Assembly: GCA_035649635.1 (NCBI GenBank) | Contig: DASRJE010000193.1 | Coordinates: 12,072-76,071, forward strand | DNA length: 64,000 nt | DNA from: Vicinamibacterales bacterium | Lineage (GTDB): Bacteria > Acidobacteriota > Vicinamibacteria > Vicinamibacterales > UBA2999 | Direction of reading: 5' to 3' | Part shown: piece after piece, positions 53,381 to 62,607 of the stretch | How positions within the stretch are numbered: position 1 is the stretch's first letter | Layout: each line of letters starts with the position of its first letter | The notes under the pieces: generated by a model | What the model was told of the DNA's origin: nothing | The model's input: only the letters and a program-made list of their open reading frames with translations | Databases searched by the model: none | Made by a program: the position numbers and the translations under genes

Positions 53381-55204
53381 TCAGTCTTTTTCCCTGGGCA
53401 ATTCGATGAAGCGCGGTTGATGACCGGTTCGCTCTTCGAGCGCCAGCAGGACACGCTTCAACAGGACCTCGTCGAAGCGCATCGAGACAAACTGTTCTTC
53501 GGTGCTCGTTCGCAACGCGACCCAATCGCGCGAGACCTGTATACCAAACTTGCTCAGCGTTCCACCGGCGCGCGCGACAGGCGACGGCCCTTGTGGCGAA
53601 TCCCACAGCGGATCGCGTCCGCGCGACACGTTGATGGCGATGACACGTCCGTACGGGAACGAGCACAATGGCGACGCCGGGTTGTTGGTCGGGATGATGG
53701 TGATCTTCCCGTCGCCCATGAGGAGCTGCGCGCCCTGCTCCTTTGACTTGCGCGTACCGACCAAGGCCCTCGTCTCGAACACCAGGATCGGGTCTTCGAT
53801 CGCGGGCCGCGCGGCTCGCCGCTCCACAGGCACGGGTGCGGGCGCTTCGACAGGTGCAGGGGCAGGCGGCTCGACGACCGCAACCGGCTCCGGCGGCGGC
53901 GCGGGAGTCGCAACGACCGGAGCACGGCTCGCCACTCGACGCGCCGCCACAGGTGCCGCCGCCACCGCGGGTGCCGGTTCGGTCGCTGGAGGCGGAACAG
54001 CCTTCACAGCGCGAGCCTCTTCGTGCGGAGTCTCGACGACAACGTCCTCGACCGGGGGCGGCGCAGTCGCTGGAATCGATGTCGTCGTTGCGGTTTCGGT
54101 GACGACGGGCTCCACGACAGAAGACGGCGTGGGAGCGATTGCGTCTTGCGTTTCGTCGCCGCGCAGCATCACGTAGGCGGCGGCGAACGCGCCGATCGCC
54201 AGGACCACCGCTGCCGCTTGCGCCCACCGATAGCGAGCTCGCGGTGCGACTGTTGGACGCTCGGCGACCACAGCTGCGACCGCGCTCGCAGGCCGCGGCT
54301 GTGCCAAGTCGATCGTGTCCATCACCGGTTGCGCCAGCACCATGCCTTCACGATTGCTGGCGGCGAACGTCCTCGCGAGATCGGCCGCCGGGAGCGGCCC
54401 TGTGGCGCGAGACAACTCCTCTCGGAATTCTTCGGCGGACTGGAACCGGTCGGCCTGAGTTTTTGCGAGCGCTCGCTGAACGATCGCTTCGCACCAATCG
54501 GGAAGACCACTGCGATGCGCGCAGAGCGGGATCGGCGCATCGCGAAGCTGGCGTTGCAACATCCCGAGCGCGGTGTCAGCGGCAAACGGCAACGCGCCGG
54601 TCAGCAGGCGATAGAACAGCACGCCAACAGAATAGAGGTCCGAGCGCCCATCGACCTCCTCGCCGAGGACCTGCTCTGGTGACATGTACGCCGGTGTGCC
54701 CATCAAGCGGAAGTCGACGGTCTTCTGCTCGGCGCCGAGGACGCGAGCGATACCGAAGTCCATGATCTTGATCGAGCCCTCGTCGGTCACCATGACGTTG
54801 GCCGGCTTGACGTCGCGATGTACGACGCCGGCGCGGTGAGCGTGCTCGAGCGCCGACAGGATCAGGTCGATGACGTAGGCGGCGCGTTCTGGCGACAGCG
54901 CACCGAGCCGCTCGGACAGCTTGTCGAGCGATTCGCCGCGAACGAACTCCATCACCATCAGGAGGTCGCCATCGGCGCGGAACAATTCGAAAATGGTCGC
55001 GATCTGCGGGTGATTGAGCCGCGCCAGGATCGTCGCTTCGGCGCGGAAGCGTGACATGACCTCGGTATTGGCAAGGTCGGGGTTCAACGTCTTGACGGCG
55101 ACGTCGCGATGCAGCGTTTCGTCGACGGCCTTGTAGACGACGCCCGCGCCACCTCGCCCGAGTTGGCCAACGATTCGGTATTTGCCGATGGTCCTGCCAA
55201 TCAT
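53381..55204 (-). CDS. Ser/Thr protein kinase with a TM segment, a Pro/Ala-rich spacer and an unassigned C-terminal domain
   Basis: ORF 53381..55204. GRGGAGVVYKA, AVK, HRDVKPAN, DFGIAR and GTPAYMSPEQ. TM segment WAQAAAVVLAIGAFAAAYV. Confidence 0.9.
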   Translation of the reverse strand: MIGRTIGKYRIVGQLGRGGAGVVYKAVDETLHRDVAVKTLNPDLANTEVMSRFRAEATILARLNHPQIATIFELFRADGDLLMVMEFVRGESLDKLSERLGALSPERAAYVIDLILSALEHAHRAGVVHRDVKPANVMVTDEGSIKIMDFGIARVLGAEQKTVDFRLMGTPAYMSPEQVLGEEVDGRSDLYSVGVLFYRLLTGALPFAADTALGMLQRQLRDAPIPLCAHRSGLPDWCEAIVQRALAKTQADRFQSAEEFREELSRATGPLPAADLARTFAASNREGMVLAQPVMDTIDLAQPRPASAVAAVVAERPTVAPRARYRWAQAAAVVLAIGAFAAAYVMLRGDETQDAIAPTPSSVVEPVVTETATTTSIPATAPPPVEDVVVETPHEEARAVKAVPPPATEPAPAVAAAPVAARRVASRAPVVATPAPPPEPVAVVEPPAPAPVEAPAPVPVERRAARPAIEDPILVFETRALVGTRKSKEQGAQLLMGDGKITIIPTNNPASPLCSFPYGRVIAINVSRGRDPLWDSPQGPSPVARAGGTLSKFGIQVSRDWVALRTSTEEQFVSMRFDEVLLKRVLLALEERTGHQPRFIELPREKD

Positions 55205-55308
55205 CAGAGTCCCGTGCAGCGAACGGTCACTTTACGCCGCCTCTACGGTCCTTTCGGACTGATGCAAAACAGGCGATAGGCGCCATAATCTTTTCTTCTT
55301 CTCCTGAC

Positions 55309-56301
55309 ATGAATCTGCATGCTTCGACGATTGCTCTCGTACTCCTATTCGTGACGACATCCGCTCTCGCCCAACGGGGAGGAGGACCTCAGGGAGCACG
55401 AGAAGTAAAGGTCACCGCGATCGCCGGTATCGTTGCCGAAGGAGCAACGTGGAAGGTGGCCTGGCAAGGGACCGACAACGCCGACGGCATCGTCGGCACG
55501 GCCGATGGCGGTCTGCTCTTTGCGCAGGAGCAACCCCGGCGCATCCGCAAGTTGGATTCAATGGACCGCGTGTCGGTGGCTCTCGCCGAGACACACGGCG
55601 TCGGATCGATCGCCGTCGACTCCAAGGGACGGATCCTCGGCGTGGAGCGCACATGCACCGATCCTGGCGGACGGCCCGATCAGTGCACCGAGTCACCAGC
55701 GGTGAGCGTGCTCACTCCTACGCGCTCGATTCTGGCGGATCGATTCGAAGGCAAGCCGTTGGGGCGGCTCAACGATCTCGTCGTCGACCGCAAGGGCACG
55801 ACTTACTTCACCGTCGGCGGCGCGTACTACGTTGGCGCAAATGGCACCGTGAAGAGTCTTGGCGAGAACATCCGCGCCAACGGCATCATGTTGAACCGCG
55901 ATGAAAAGATCGTCTACATCACCAACGGCAATACGATCCTGGCGTTCGACATCCTGCCCGATGGCAGTGTGACCAACAGGCGCGACTTCGCGACGCTCGA
56001 AGCTGGTGGCAACGGTGACGGGATGGCCATCGATAACGCGGGTCGCCTGTATGTCACATCGCCGCCGGGCGTTCAGGTCTTTGCTGTGGACGGCACGTAT
56101 CTCGGTCTCATCCCGACGCCGCGAAGCGCGATCAGTGTCGCCTTCTCCGGCCCTCGCAAACAGACACTCTACATCGTTGGCAGTGGTGCTCTCGGAGCAG
56201 ATGGACAGGAGTTCAGGACGCCAGACGGCGTGAGGAACAACGCGAAGACGATCTATCGGCTTCCAATGCTTGCTTCAGGATTCACGGGCCGCGCCAAGTA
56301 G
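55309..56301 (+). CDS. Secreted SMP-30/gluconolactonase/LRE-like beta-propeller
   Basis: ORF 55309..56301. It has a signal peptide and propeller-like repeats (NDLVVDRKGTTYFT, ANGIMLNRDEKIVYIT, GDGMAIDNAGRLYVT). Confidence 0.8.
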   Translation: MNLHASTIALVLLFVTTSALAQRGGGPQGAREVKVTAIAGIVAEGATWKVAWQGTDNADGIVGTADGGLLFAQEQPRRIRKLDSMDRVSVALAETHGVGSIAVDSKGRILGVERTCTDPGGRPDQCTESPAVSVLTPTRSILADRFEGKPLGRLNDLVVDRKGTTYFTVGGAYYVGANGTVKSLGENIRANGIMLNRDEKIVYITNGNTILAFDILPDGSVTNRRDFATLEAGGNGDGMAIDNAGRLYVTSPPGVQVFAVDGTYLGLIPTPRSAISVAFSGPRKQTLYIVGSGALGADGQEFRTPDGVRNNAKTIYRLPMLASGFTGRAK

Positions 56302-56352
56302 GGCGGCGGTCTCGTCATAGCGCGGGGCGCAAAGAAGGAAGCCCGCGCGACG

Positions 56353-57297
56353 TCAGCTCACCGGATTGGGGCGCGCCAGTCGCACGAGCTCGGGCGCGTG
56401 AAGGCGCTGCCCCTTGTAGGCCGTGACGATGCCAAAGCGGCGGCCGCTTTCCCAATCGTCGCGCGCATCGCGGATCTCCTCAGGAGTCCGCGCCACGAAG
56501 TTCCACCACATCAGAATCGTTTCCGGGAAAGGCGGACCACCGACGAGCAGCACGCGCGCACCGCTCTGACTTGCGAACGCAGCTTGCGTGCGTTGCATTC
56601 CCAGGTAATAGAGCATGCGCTCGTGGAGCGGCTGTCCATCCAGCACGCAATCGCCCGTCAACACGAGTACCGCGTACTCGAAGTCCTGACGTAGTGGGAC
56701 GGCGAGCGATTCACCTCGATGCACCTGAAGATCGGCTCCGACTAAATCCGCGAAGTGCAGCGCCGGCGACGCAGCTCGATCGACGTTGCCGGAAAACACG
56801 CGCACGATTCCACCTGGCTGTTCGAGGATCGGGACCGACTGCACATGCTGAAACGAGGGCTCGCCGTGCCGGTCGCGATCCGGCAGCGCCGTCCAGAGCT
56901 GTACTCCGTTCAGCCGGCCGCTGTTGTCAACAGGTGTTCGCTCCGCATGCGCGATGGCATGGCCGGAGGTCATCACGTTCACTCCGCCGGGGCGCAGCAC
57001 GGCTTCCTCCCCGAGGCTGTCGTCGTGCACGACTTCTCCTTCGAGCAGCCACGTCACCGTCTGCAGGCCCATGTGCGGGTGAGGCGCCACGTCCATTGGC
57101 ATTCCCTCGGTGAACGACAGCGGACCGAACCGATCGAGAAAACACCACGGCCCGATCATGCGCCGCCCTCTGACCGGGAGCGCCCGCGAAATACGAAGGG
57201 TGCCAAGGTTGATCTCATAGTTCGGATACTCATCGAGCCGACGATCGGTGGCACCAAGTGCCACCAATGACTCTGCGGCAACGATCGGCTTCGTCAT
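56353..57297 (-). CDS. Pirin-family protein
   Basis: ORF 56353..57297. APHPHMGLQTVTWLLEGEVVHDDSLG and GHAIAHAE are the cupin metal motifs. Confidence 0.9.
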   Translation of the reverse strand: MTKPIVAAESLVALGATDRRLDEYPNYEINLGTLRISRALPVRGRRMIGPWCFLDRFGPLSFTEGMPMDVAPHPHMGLQTVTWLLEGEVVHDDSLGEEAVLRPGGVNVMTSGHAIAHAERTPVDNSGRLNGVQLWTALPDRDRHGEPSFQHVQSVPILEQPGGIVRVFSGNVDRAASPALHFADLVGADLQVHRGESLAVPLRQDFEYAVLVLTGDCVLDGQPLHERMLYYLGMQRTQAAFASQSGARVLLVGGPPFPETILMWWNFVARTPEEIRDARDDWESGRRFGIVTAYKGQRLHAPELVRLARPNPVS

Positions 57298-57617
57298 GCG
57301 GACAGTGTACTGCGCGCGGAGGAAGCCGAGGACGCAGAGAAAAACGTCAACGCGGGGATCGCAAAGGAGCAGAGAGAGTGGGGCAGTTCGAAGGGCTCAG
57401 GATCAGTCGCGCGGGTGCCGGCCCATGGCTGCATTGGCCGGCAACGCATGGAGCAGCGCCCGACGCTCCACGAGGTGCCGCGCACAGCGCGGCCCGCGCG
57501 ACTGACCGTGGTTTGCTTCGAGTCACCTGATTCCCTCTGCACCCCTGCGCTCTCCGCGTTGAAACCTCCAGTGAACCAAGCACCCACTGAAAGCGAGGGC
57601 TCGACTTACAATGCGGA

Positions 57618-59204
57618 ATGCTCTTGCGTCGCCAGACCGCCATTCTTGTCGGCTTCTTCCTGATTTCAGCCGCTCTCATCTCTTGCTCTCGTTCGCCGGC
57701 TTCCTCAGCGGGCTCAATTCCAAGAACCGCGGCCGGCAAACCTGACTTGTCCGGGATCTGGCAGGTTCGCAACCGCGCCGCGGCCGACCTCGAGGATCAC
57801 GTCGCCCGTCACCAGGCCCCGGCGGGTAAGGGCGTCGTCCAGGGCGGACCGATTCCGTATCAGCCGTGGGCGGCCGCGAAGAAGATCGAGAACGCCAGGA
57901 ATCGGGCGACTGCCGATCCGTTAGCAACGTGCTACATGCCGGGCGTGCCCCGCATCATGTACATGGAGTTCCCGTTCCAGATCTTCCAAACATCCGATCA
58001 CATCGCCATGACGTTCGAGTGGTCGCAGGTCCATCGGACGATCTACACCAACGGTGCTCCGGCTCCCGAAGGCATCGACTTCTGGATGGGCGACTCGCGT
58101 GGGCGCTGGGAGGGAGACACACTGGTCGTGGACGTAAAGAACCACAACGATCGCACGTGGTTCGACATGGCTGGCAATTTTCACAGCGAGGCGCTGCACC
58201 TGGTCGAGCGCTATACGATGCGTGACGCCAACACGATCGACTACGAGGTGACCATCGACGATGCGAAGGTCTTCACCCGAACGTGGACGATCAAGATGCC
58301 GCTGCATCGCCAGACCGATGCAGATCGCATCTTCGAATATCAGTGCCAGGCCGAGGCCGAGGAAGCCAGCGGCGCGTTCGAACCGGATCCGAAGACGTGG
58401 TACCCGGGACCTTCAGTGACCGTCCAGACACCAGCGGAATGGAAAGACGTGCCGACGGCCTGGAAGGCGCCGGAGCGCAAGGGCGAAATCAAGCGCATGC
58501 CGGACGGCAAGCCTGACCTGCAGGGTTACTTCATGCCCGACGGCGGCGGTGGCAACTACGGACTTGGCAAGCACGAACAGGACTTCCTCACGCCGGGCGG
58601 GCGCGGTGTGATCGTCGATCCTCCCGACGGCAATCTTCCGATGCAAGCGTGGGCGAAGGCCGAGGCCGAGGATCGCAAAACACCCGAGCGCGGGTACGAC
58701 GATCCAACAGCCCACTGTTTCGTCGCCGGAGTTCCGCGATCGATGTACGTGCCGTCTCCCTTGCAGATTCTCCAGCCGCCGGGCTACATCGTCATCCTGC
58801 ACGAGCGAATGTCATGGCGAACGATCCCAATGGATGGGCGCGCTCACCTGCCAGACCATTTACGATTGTGGCAAGGCGATTCGATCGGCCGCTGGGAAGG
58901 CGATACGCTCGTCATCGAGACCACGAACCTGAATGGGAAAGCGTGGTTGAACGAAGTAGGCGAGATCGTGAGTCACACCCAGCGCGTCATCGAACGGCTG
59001 ACGCCGATCGACGCCGATACGATTCAGTACGAGGCGACTGTCTCCGATCCGCTCGTCTACACGCGTCCATGGACGATTGCCTTCCCGATAAACCGGCAGA
59101 AGGATGAACTCCTGGAAGTCGCGTGCCACGAGGACAACCAGGATCTGCAACACTTGAAGGACATCCGAGACGAAGCTCGCGCAAAGGCGAAGAGCCAGAG
59201 CTAG
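57618..59204 (+). CDS. Lipoprotein consisting of a tandem duplication of an uncharacterised domain of roughly 230 aa
   Basis: ORF 57618..59204. Lipobox LISC. Both halves share KPDL[SQ]G, C..[PA]GVPR.MY, W.GDS.GRWEGDTLV and the D[AP]..[FY]TR.WTI pattern. Confidence 0.75.
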   Translation: MLLRRQTAILVGFFLISAALISCSRSPASSAGSIPRTAAGKPDLSGIWQVRNRAAADLEDHVARHQAPAGKGVVQGGPIPYQPWAAAKKIENARNRATADPLATCYMPGVPRIMYMEFPFQIFQTSDHIAMTFEWSQVHRTIYTNGAPAPEGIDFWMGDSRGRWEGDTLVVDVKNHNDRTWFDMAGNFHSEALHLVERYTMRDANTIDYEVTIDDAKVFTRTWTIKMPLHRQTDADRIFEYQCQAEAEEASGAFEPDPKTWYPGPSVTVQTPAEWKDVPTAWKAPERKGEIKRMPDGKPDLQGYFMPDGGGGNYGLGKHEQDFLTPGGRGVIVDPPDGNLPMQAWAKAEAEDRKTPERGYDDPTAHCFVAGVPRSMYVPSPLQILQPPGYIVILHERMSWRTIPMDGRAHLPDHLRLWQGDSIGRWEGDTLVIETTNLNGKAWLNEVGEIVSHTQRVIERLTPIDADTIQYEATVSDPLVYTRPWTIAFPINRQKDELLEVACHEDNQDLQHLKDIRDEARAKAKSQS

Positions 59205-59217
59205 GGAGGCGCGTTCG

Positions 59218-59616
59218 ATGAAGACATTCCGGTTGGTGGCGATTCTCCTGGTGACGATGGCGGCATCACCCGTCGTCGCTCATCATTCGTTCTCGGCTGA
59301 GTACGACTTCAACAAACCGCTCAAGCTCAAAGGCAAGGTCGTCGAGATGAAGTGGGCGAATCCGCACGCCTGGATCTACATCGACGTCGCCGGCAAAGAC
59401 GGCAAGGTCGAGAAATGGGCGTGGGAAACTGGCGGGGCCAACGCGCTGTATCGACGCGGCTGGAGAAAGGAAGATCTGGTCGCAGGGACCGTGCTGGTGA
59501 TCGACGGCTACCAGGCGCGCAACGGATCCAAGACCGCCAACGCGACGAGCATCACCTTCGAGAACGGCACGCGTCTCTTCGCCGGTTCCTCATCTCAAAA
59601 CAGCGCGACGAAGTAG
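59218..59616 (+). CDS. DUF6152-like small secreted protein
   Basis: ORF 59218..59616. A signal peptide is followed by AHHSFSAEYDFNKPLKLKGKVVEMKWANPHAWIYIDV. Confidence 0.7.
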   Translation: MKTFRLVAILLVTMAASPVVAHHSFSAEYDFNKPLKLKGKVVEMKWANPHAWIYIDVAGKDGKVEKWAWETGGANALYRRGWRKEDLVAGTVLVIDGYQARNGSKTANATSITFENGTRLFAGSSSQNSATK

Positions 59617-59768
59617 AGCGGGGCTTTCTTGTCCACCGTAGCCTTCGGCGAAGGTGGATGCTCCCGCCGGCAGATAAATCCGCAGAATGCTCAATAATTC
59701 TGCGCGCTTGCACATATAACTCTATATATGCTTAACTCTACATAGCCTGTGTCGACAGGGAGGAAATC

Positions 59769-62280
59769 ATGGCTCTGATTCGCGGCGCGACCAACTCGCC
59801 TCCGCTTCTCTCCCGGATCAGACGCCAGCTCACTCTCGATGCAGATGCGGTGCACGACGCGATGCACGCCGTCCGAATGCTCGTCAAGGCGCCCGCCTTC
59901 ACCCGCGATCGTTCTGTTCGTTTTCGCTATCGGAATTGGATCGACAACGGCGATGGTAAGCATCGCCGACGCCTTGTTTCTTCGCGCGCTGCCGGTGTCG
60001 CAGCCCGAACGGGTTATGACGCTCTGGCAGTACAACCGTGACACGGGCACCGGTTAGCAGGACGTGTCGCCAGCCAATGCCATCGACTGGGTCGAGCGCT
60101 CCGGCTCGTCGCGCGCGTTTGAGGCCATGGCCCTCATGGAACCGTGGGGCGTCAATTCACTCATTCCCGGACACGAGCCCGAGTACTTCGAGGCCGCACG
60201 CGTGAGCGAACAGTTTTTCGCGCTGCTCGGCACGCCGATGCTTCACGGGCGCGCATTTCTTCCACAGGAGTACCTTCGCGGGGCCGGCCGCTTCGCGATC
60301 CTGAGCTTTCCCATGTGGCGCGACCGGTTTGGCGCCGATCCATCCGTTGTCGGCCGCGCCGTGCAGCTCGATCAGCGTGGGGCGTACACGATCGTCGGCG
60401 TGCTGCCACAAGGGTTCGAGTTGCGGCTCTTCGATGGCAGCGAGAGGCGGCCAGAACCGTGGTTGTGGCTGCCGAAACAGGGCTTCGAGGAGTTCGAGCC
60501 GAGACTCCGCGGTTCAGGGTACTGGAACGTGCTCGGCCGGCTTCGGCCAGGGGCTTCGATCGCCGAAGCCAACGCCGAGCTCGACGTACTCTCAGACCAA
60601 CTGGCACGTGAGTACCCGCAAACCAACAAGAGCACGACCGCGCATGTCCTGCCGTTGCGCACGCATCTGGTTGGCAGCTTTCGGGCCGTGCTGCCGTTGC
60701 TGCTTGGCGCTGCGGTGGTGCTCCTGATCGTGGCGTGCGCGAACGTCGCGAACCTGTTGCTGGCGCGTGGTGTCGCACGCGGACGGGAGTTCGGAGTACG
60801 GCAGGCACTGGGTGCGAGCCGCTTCAGGCTGGCCCAACAAATGTTGGTCGAAAGCCTCGTGCTTGCCATCGTGGGCGGGACGCTGGGACTGGCACTCGCG
60901 CGCTGGACGCTCGACGTGATCGCGCGGCTGCGACCGATGGATGTGGCACGGGTCGATCAGATCCCGATCGACATGCGCGCTGCCGCCATCGCCTTCGGCG
61001 TCGCGGTCGTTGCGGCGATCATCGCCGGACTGGTTCCATCGATTCAGCTTTCGCGGCCAGTGTCCGCCAGCGCCCTGAGAGATGGATTAACGAGCTCCCG
61101 CAGAGGAGTGCGCGGCGCCCTCGTCGTCGTGGAAGTGGCGGCGGCAGTTGTCCTCGCCGTTGGCGCCGGATTGCTGGTGCGCAGCTTCGTCACGGTCCAG
61201 CGCGTGGATCCCGGATTCCGACCCTCCCGCGTGGCAGCGCTTCAGATCTTTCCCTCGCCGCGCTATGACACGCCTCAAAAACGGATCCTCTTCTTCGAGC
61301 AGGCAATCGATCGCATGCGCGCGCTGCCCGGTGTCCTTGCGGCGGGCGCCGTCTCGGCGATGCCGTTCGGCTTTGCACGAGTGACGGCGCGCTCGCCGCT
61401 GGCCATCGATGGACGGCCGCCTGCGACTGGAGAAGACGCACTCATCCTCACGACCAGCGTGGCCGGCGACTATTTCCGCGTGATGGGTGTGCCGCTGCTC
61501 AAAGGACGGCTGTTCGAGGTGTCTGATACGGCAGACTCGCGCAACGTCGTCCTCGTGTCACGAAAAGCCGCGCACACGCTGTGGCCAGGCGCCGACCCTA
61601 TCGGATCGCGCGTGCGGTTCCGGCTGTCCGGAGCGGACTACGAGGCGGAAGTCGTTGGAGTCGTTGGCGACCTGCATCATGAGGCGCTGGATCAGCCCGC
61701 TGCCGCCGAACTGTTTCTCCCTCACGCACAATCGGGCTTCTACGCGTTGACGGTTGTGGTGCAGGCCACGCCTGAATCGCCGCTGACGCTGCAAACGCTC
61801 AAGCAGCAGATCTGGGCTCTCGATCCGCTCCAGACGATCGTTCGCACTGCCGCGGTGGAAGACTGGATTTCGCGGAGCCTGGACAATCGCCGTTTCAGTT
61901 TGTTCCTGCTCGGCGGCTTTGCCTTTGCGACGCTCGTGCTTGCCGCAGCCGGCGTATACGGCGTGACGAGCTTCACGACCGGACAGCGCACGCGCGAGTT
62001 CGGCGTGCGCATGACACTCGGCGCCAAGGGTCGCGACATCATGCGCATGGTGGTTGGCGAAGGAGTAACGCTGGCGAGTGTCGGCGTCATCATCGGGATC
62101 CTTCTCGCCTTGCCGTTGACGCGGCTGTTACAGGCGTTCCTCTTCGGCGTCACGCCGCTCGACCCCTTGACGTTCCTCTCCGTCGTGATCGGGTTTGTCG
62201 CGATTGCAGCAGCCGCCTGCTATGTGCCGGCCCAGCGGGCGGTCAGCCTTGATCCCTCGAAGGCACTCCGGTTCGACTGA
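59769..62280 (+). pseudogene. ADOP-family permease disrupted by a +1 frameshift and an in-frame TAG
   Basis: N-terminus in ORF 59769..60041 (HAVRMLVKAPAFT). TM1 in ORF 59839..60057 (AIVLFVFAIGIGSTTAMVSIADALFLRALP). The frames join if one C of accc (59901-59904) is removed. TAG at 60055-60057 is in frame with ORF 60064..62280, which carries the remainder. Confidence 0.8.
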
Positions 62281-62281
62281 C

Positions 62282-62605
62282 ATGAAAATCACCTACTCCA
62301 CGACGCTGGTACTCGAAGCGCTGGCCCGTGGCTACCACTACGGGTTCGACATCATGGACGCGACGAACCTGCCCAGTGGCACCGTCTATCCCATCCTTCG
62401 CCGGCTCGAACGGGAAAACATGGTGACCTCGGAATGGGAAGCCGATGGCGTCGCGCAATCCGAGCAGCGTCCCCCGCGACGGTACTACGCGCTCACGGCC
62501 GAGGGGCAGAAGGTTTTCGAAGGGACAGCGGAACGCTATCGGGCCGCTGGCGCGATTGCGCCACGAAGTGCGCGCGGACTGCGTCCCGCGCGGGGACGAG
62601 GCTGA
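62282..62605 (+). CDS. PadR-family transcriptional regulator (acidobacterial type)
   Basis: In-frame ATG 62282 of ORF 62195..62605. LVLEALARGYHYGFDIMDAT...GTVYPILRRLERENMV...RRYYALTAEG. Confidence 0.9.
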   Translation: MKITYSTTLVLEALARGYHYGFDIMDATNLPSGTVYPILRRLERENMVTSEWEADGVAQSEQRPPRRYYALTAEGQKVFEGTAERYRAAGAIAPRSARGLRPARGRG

Positions 62606-62607
62606 CT

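Noticed and set aside
53700-54130. Repetitive-looking GC-rich DNA (gcaccggc, ccggcgg patterns) inside the kinase gene, and a similar stretch at 20740-20830
   Set aside because: These encode Pro/Ala/Val (or Pro/Gly) low-complexity linkers in frame with the surrounding domains. They are not spaced direct repeats and not a CRISPR or tandem-repeat locus.
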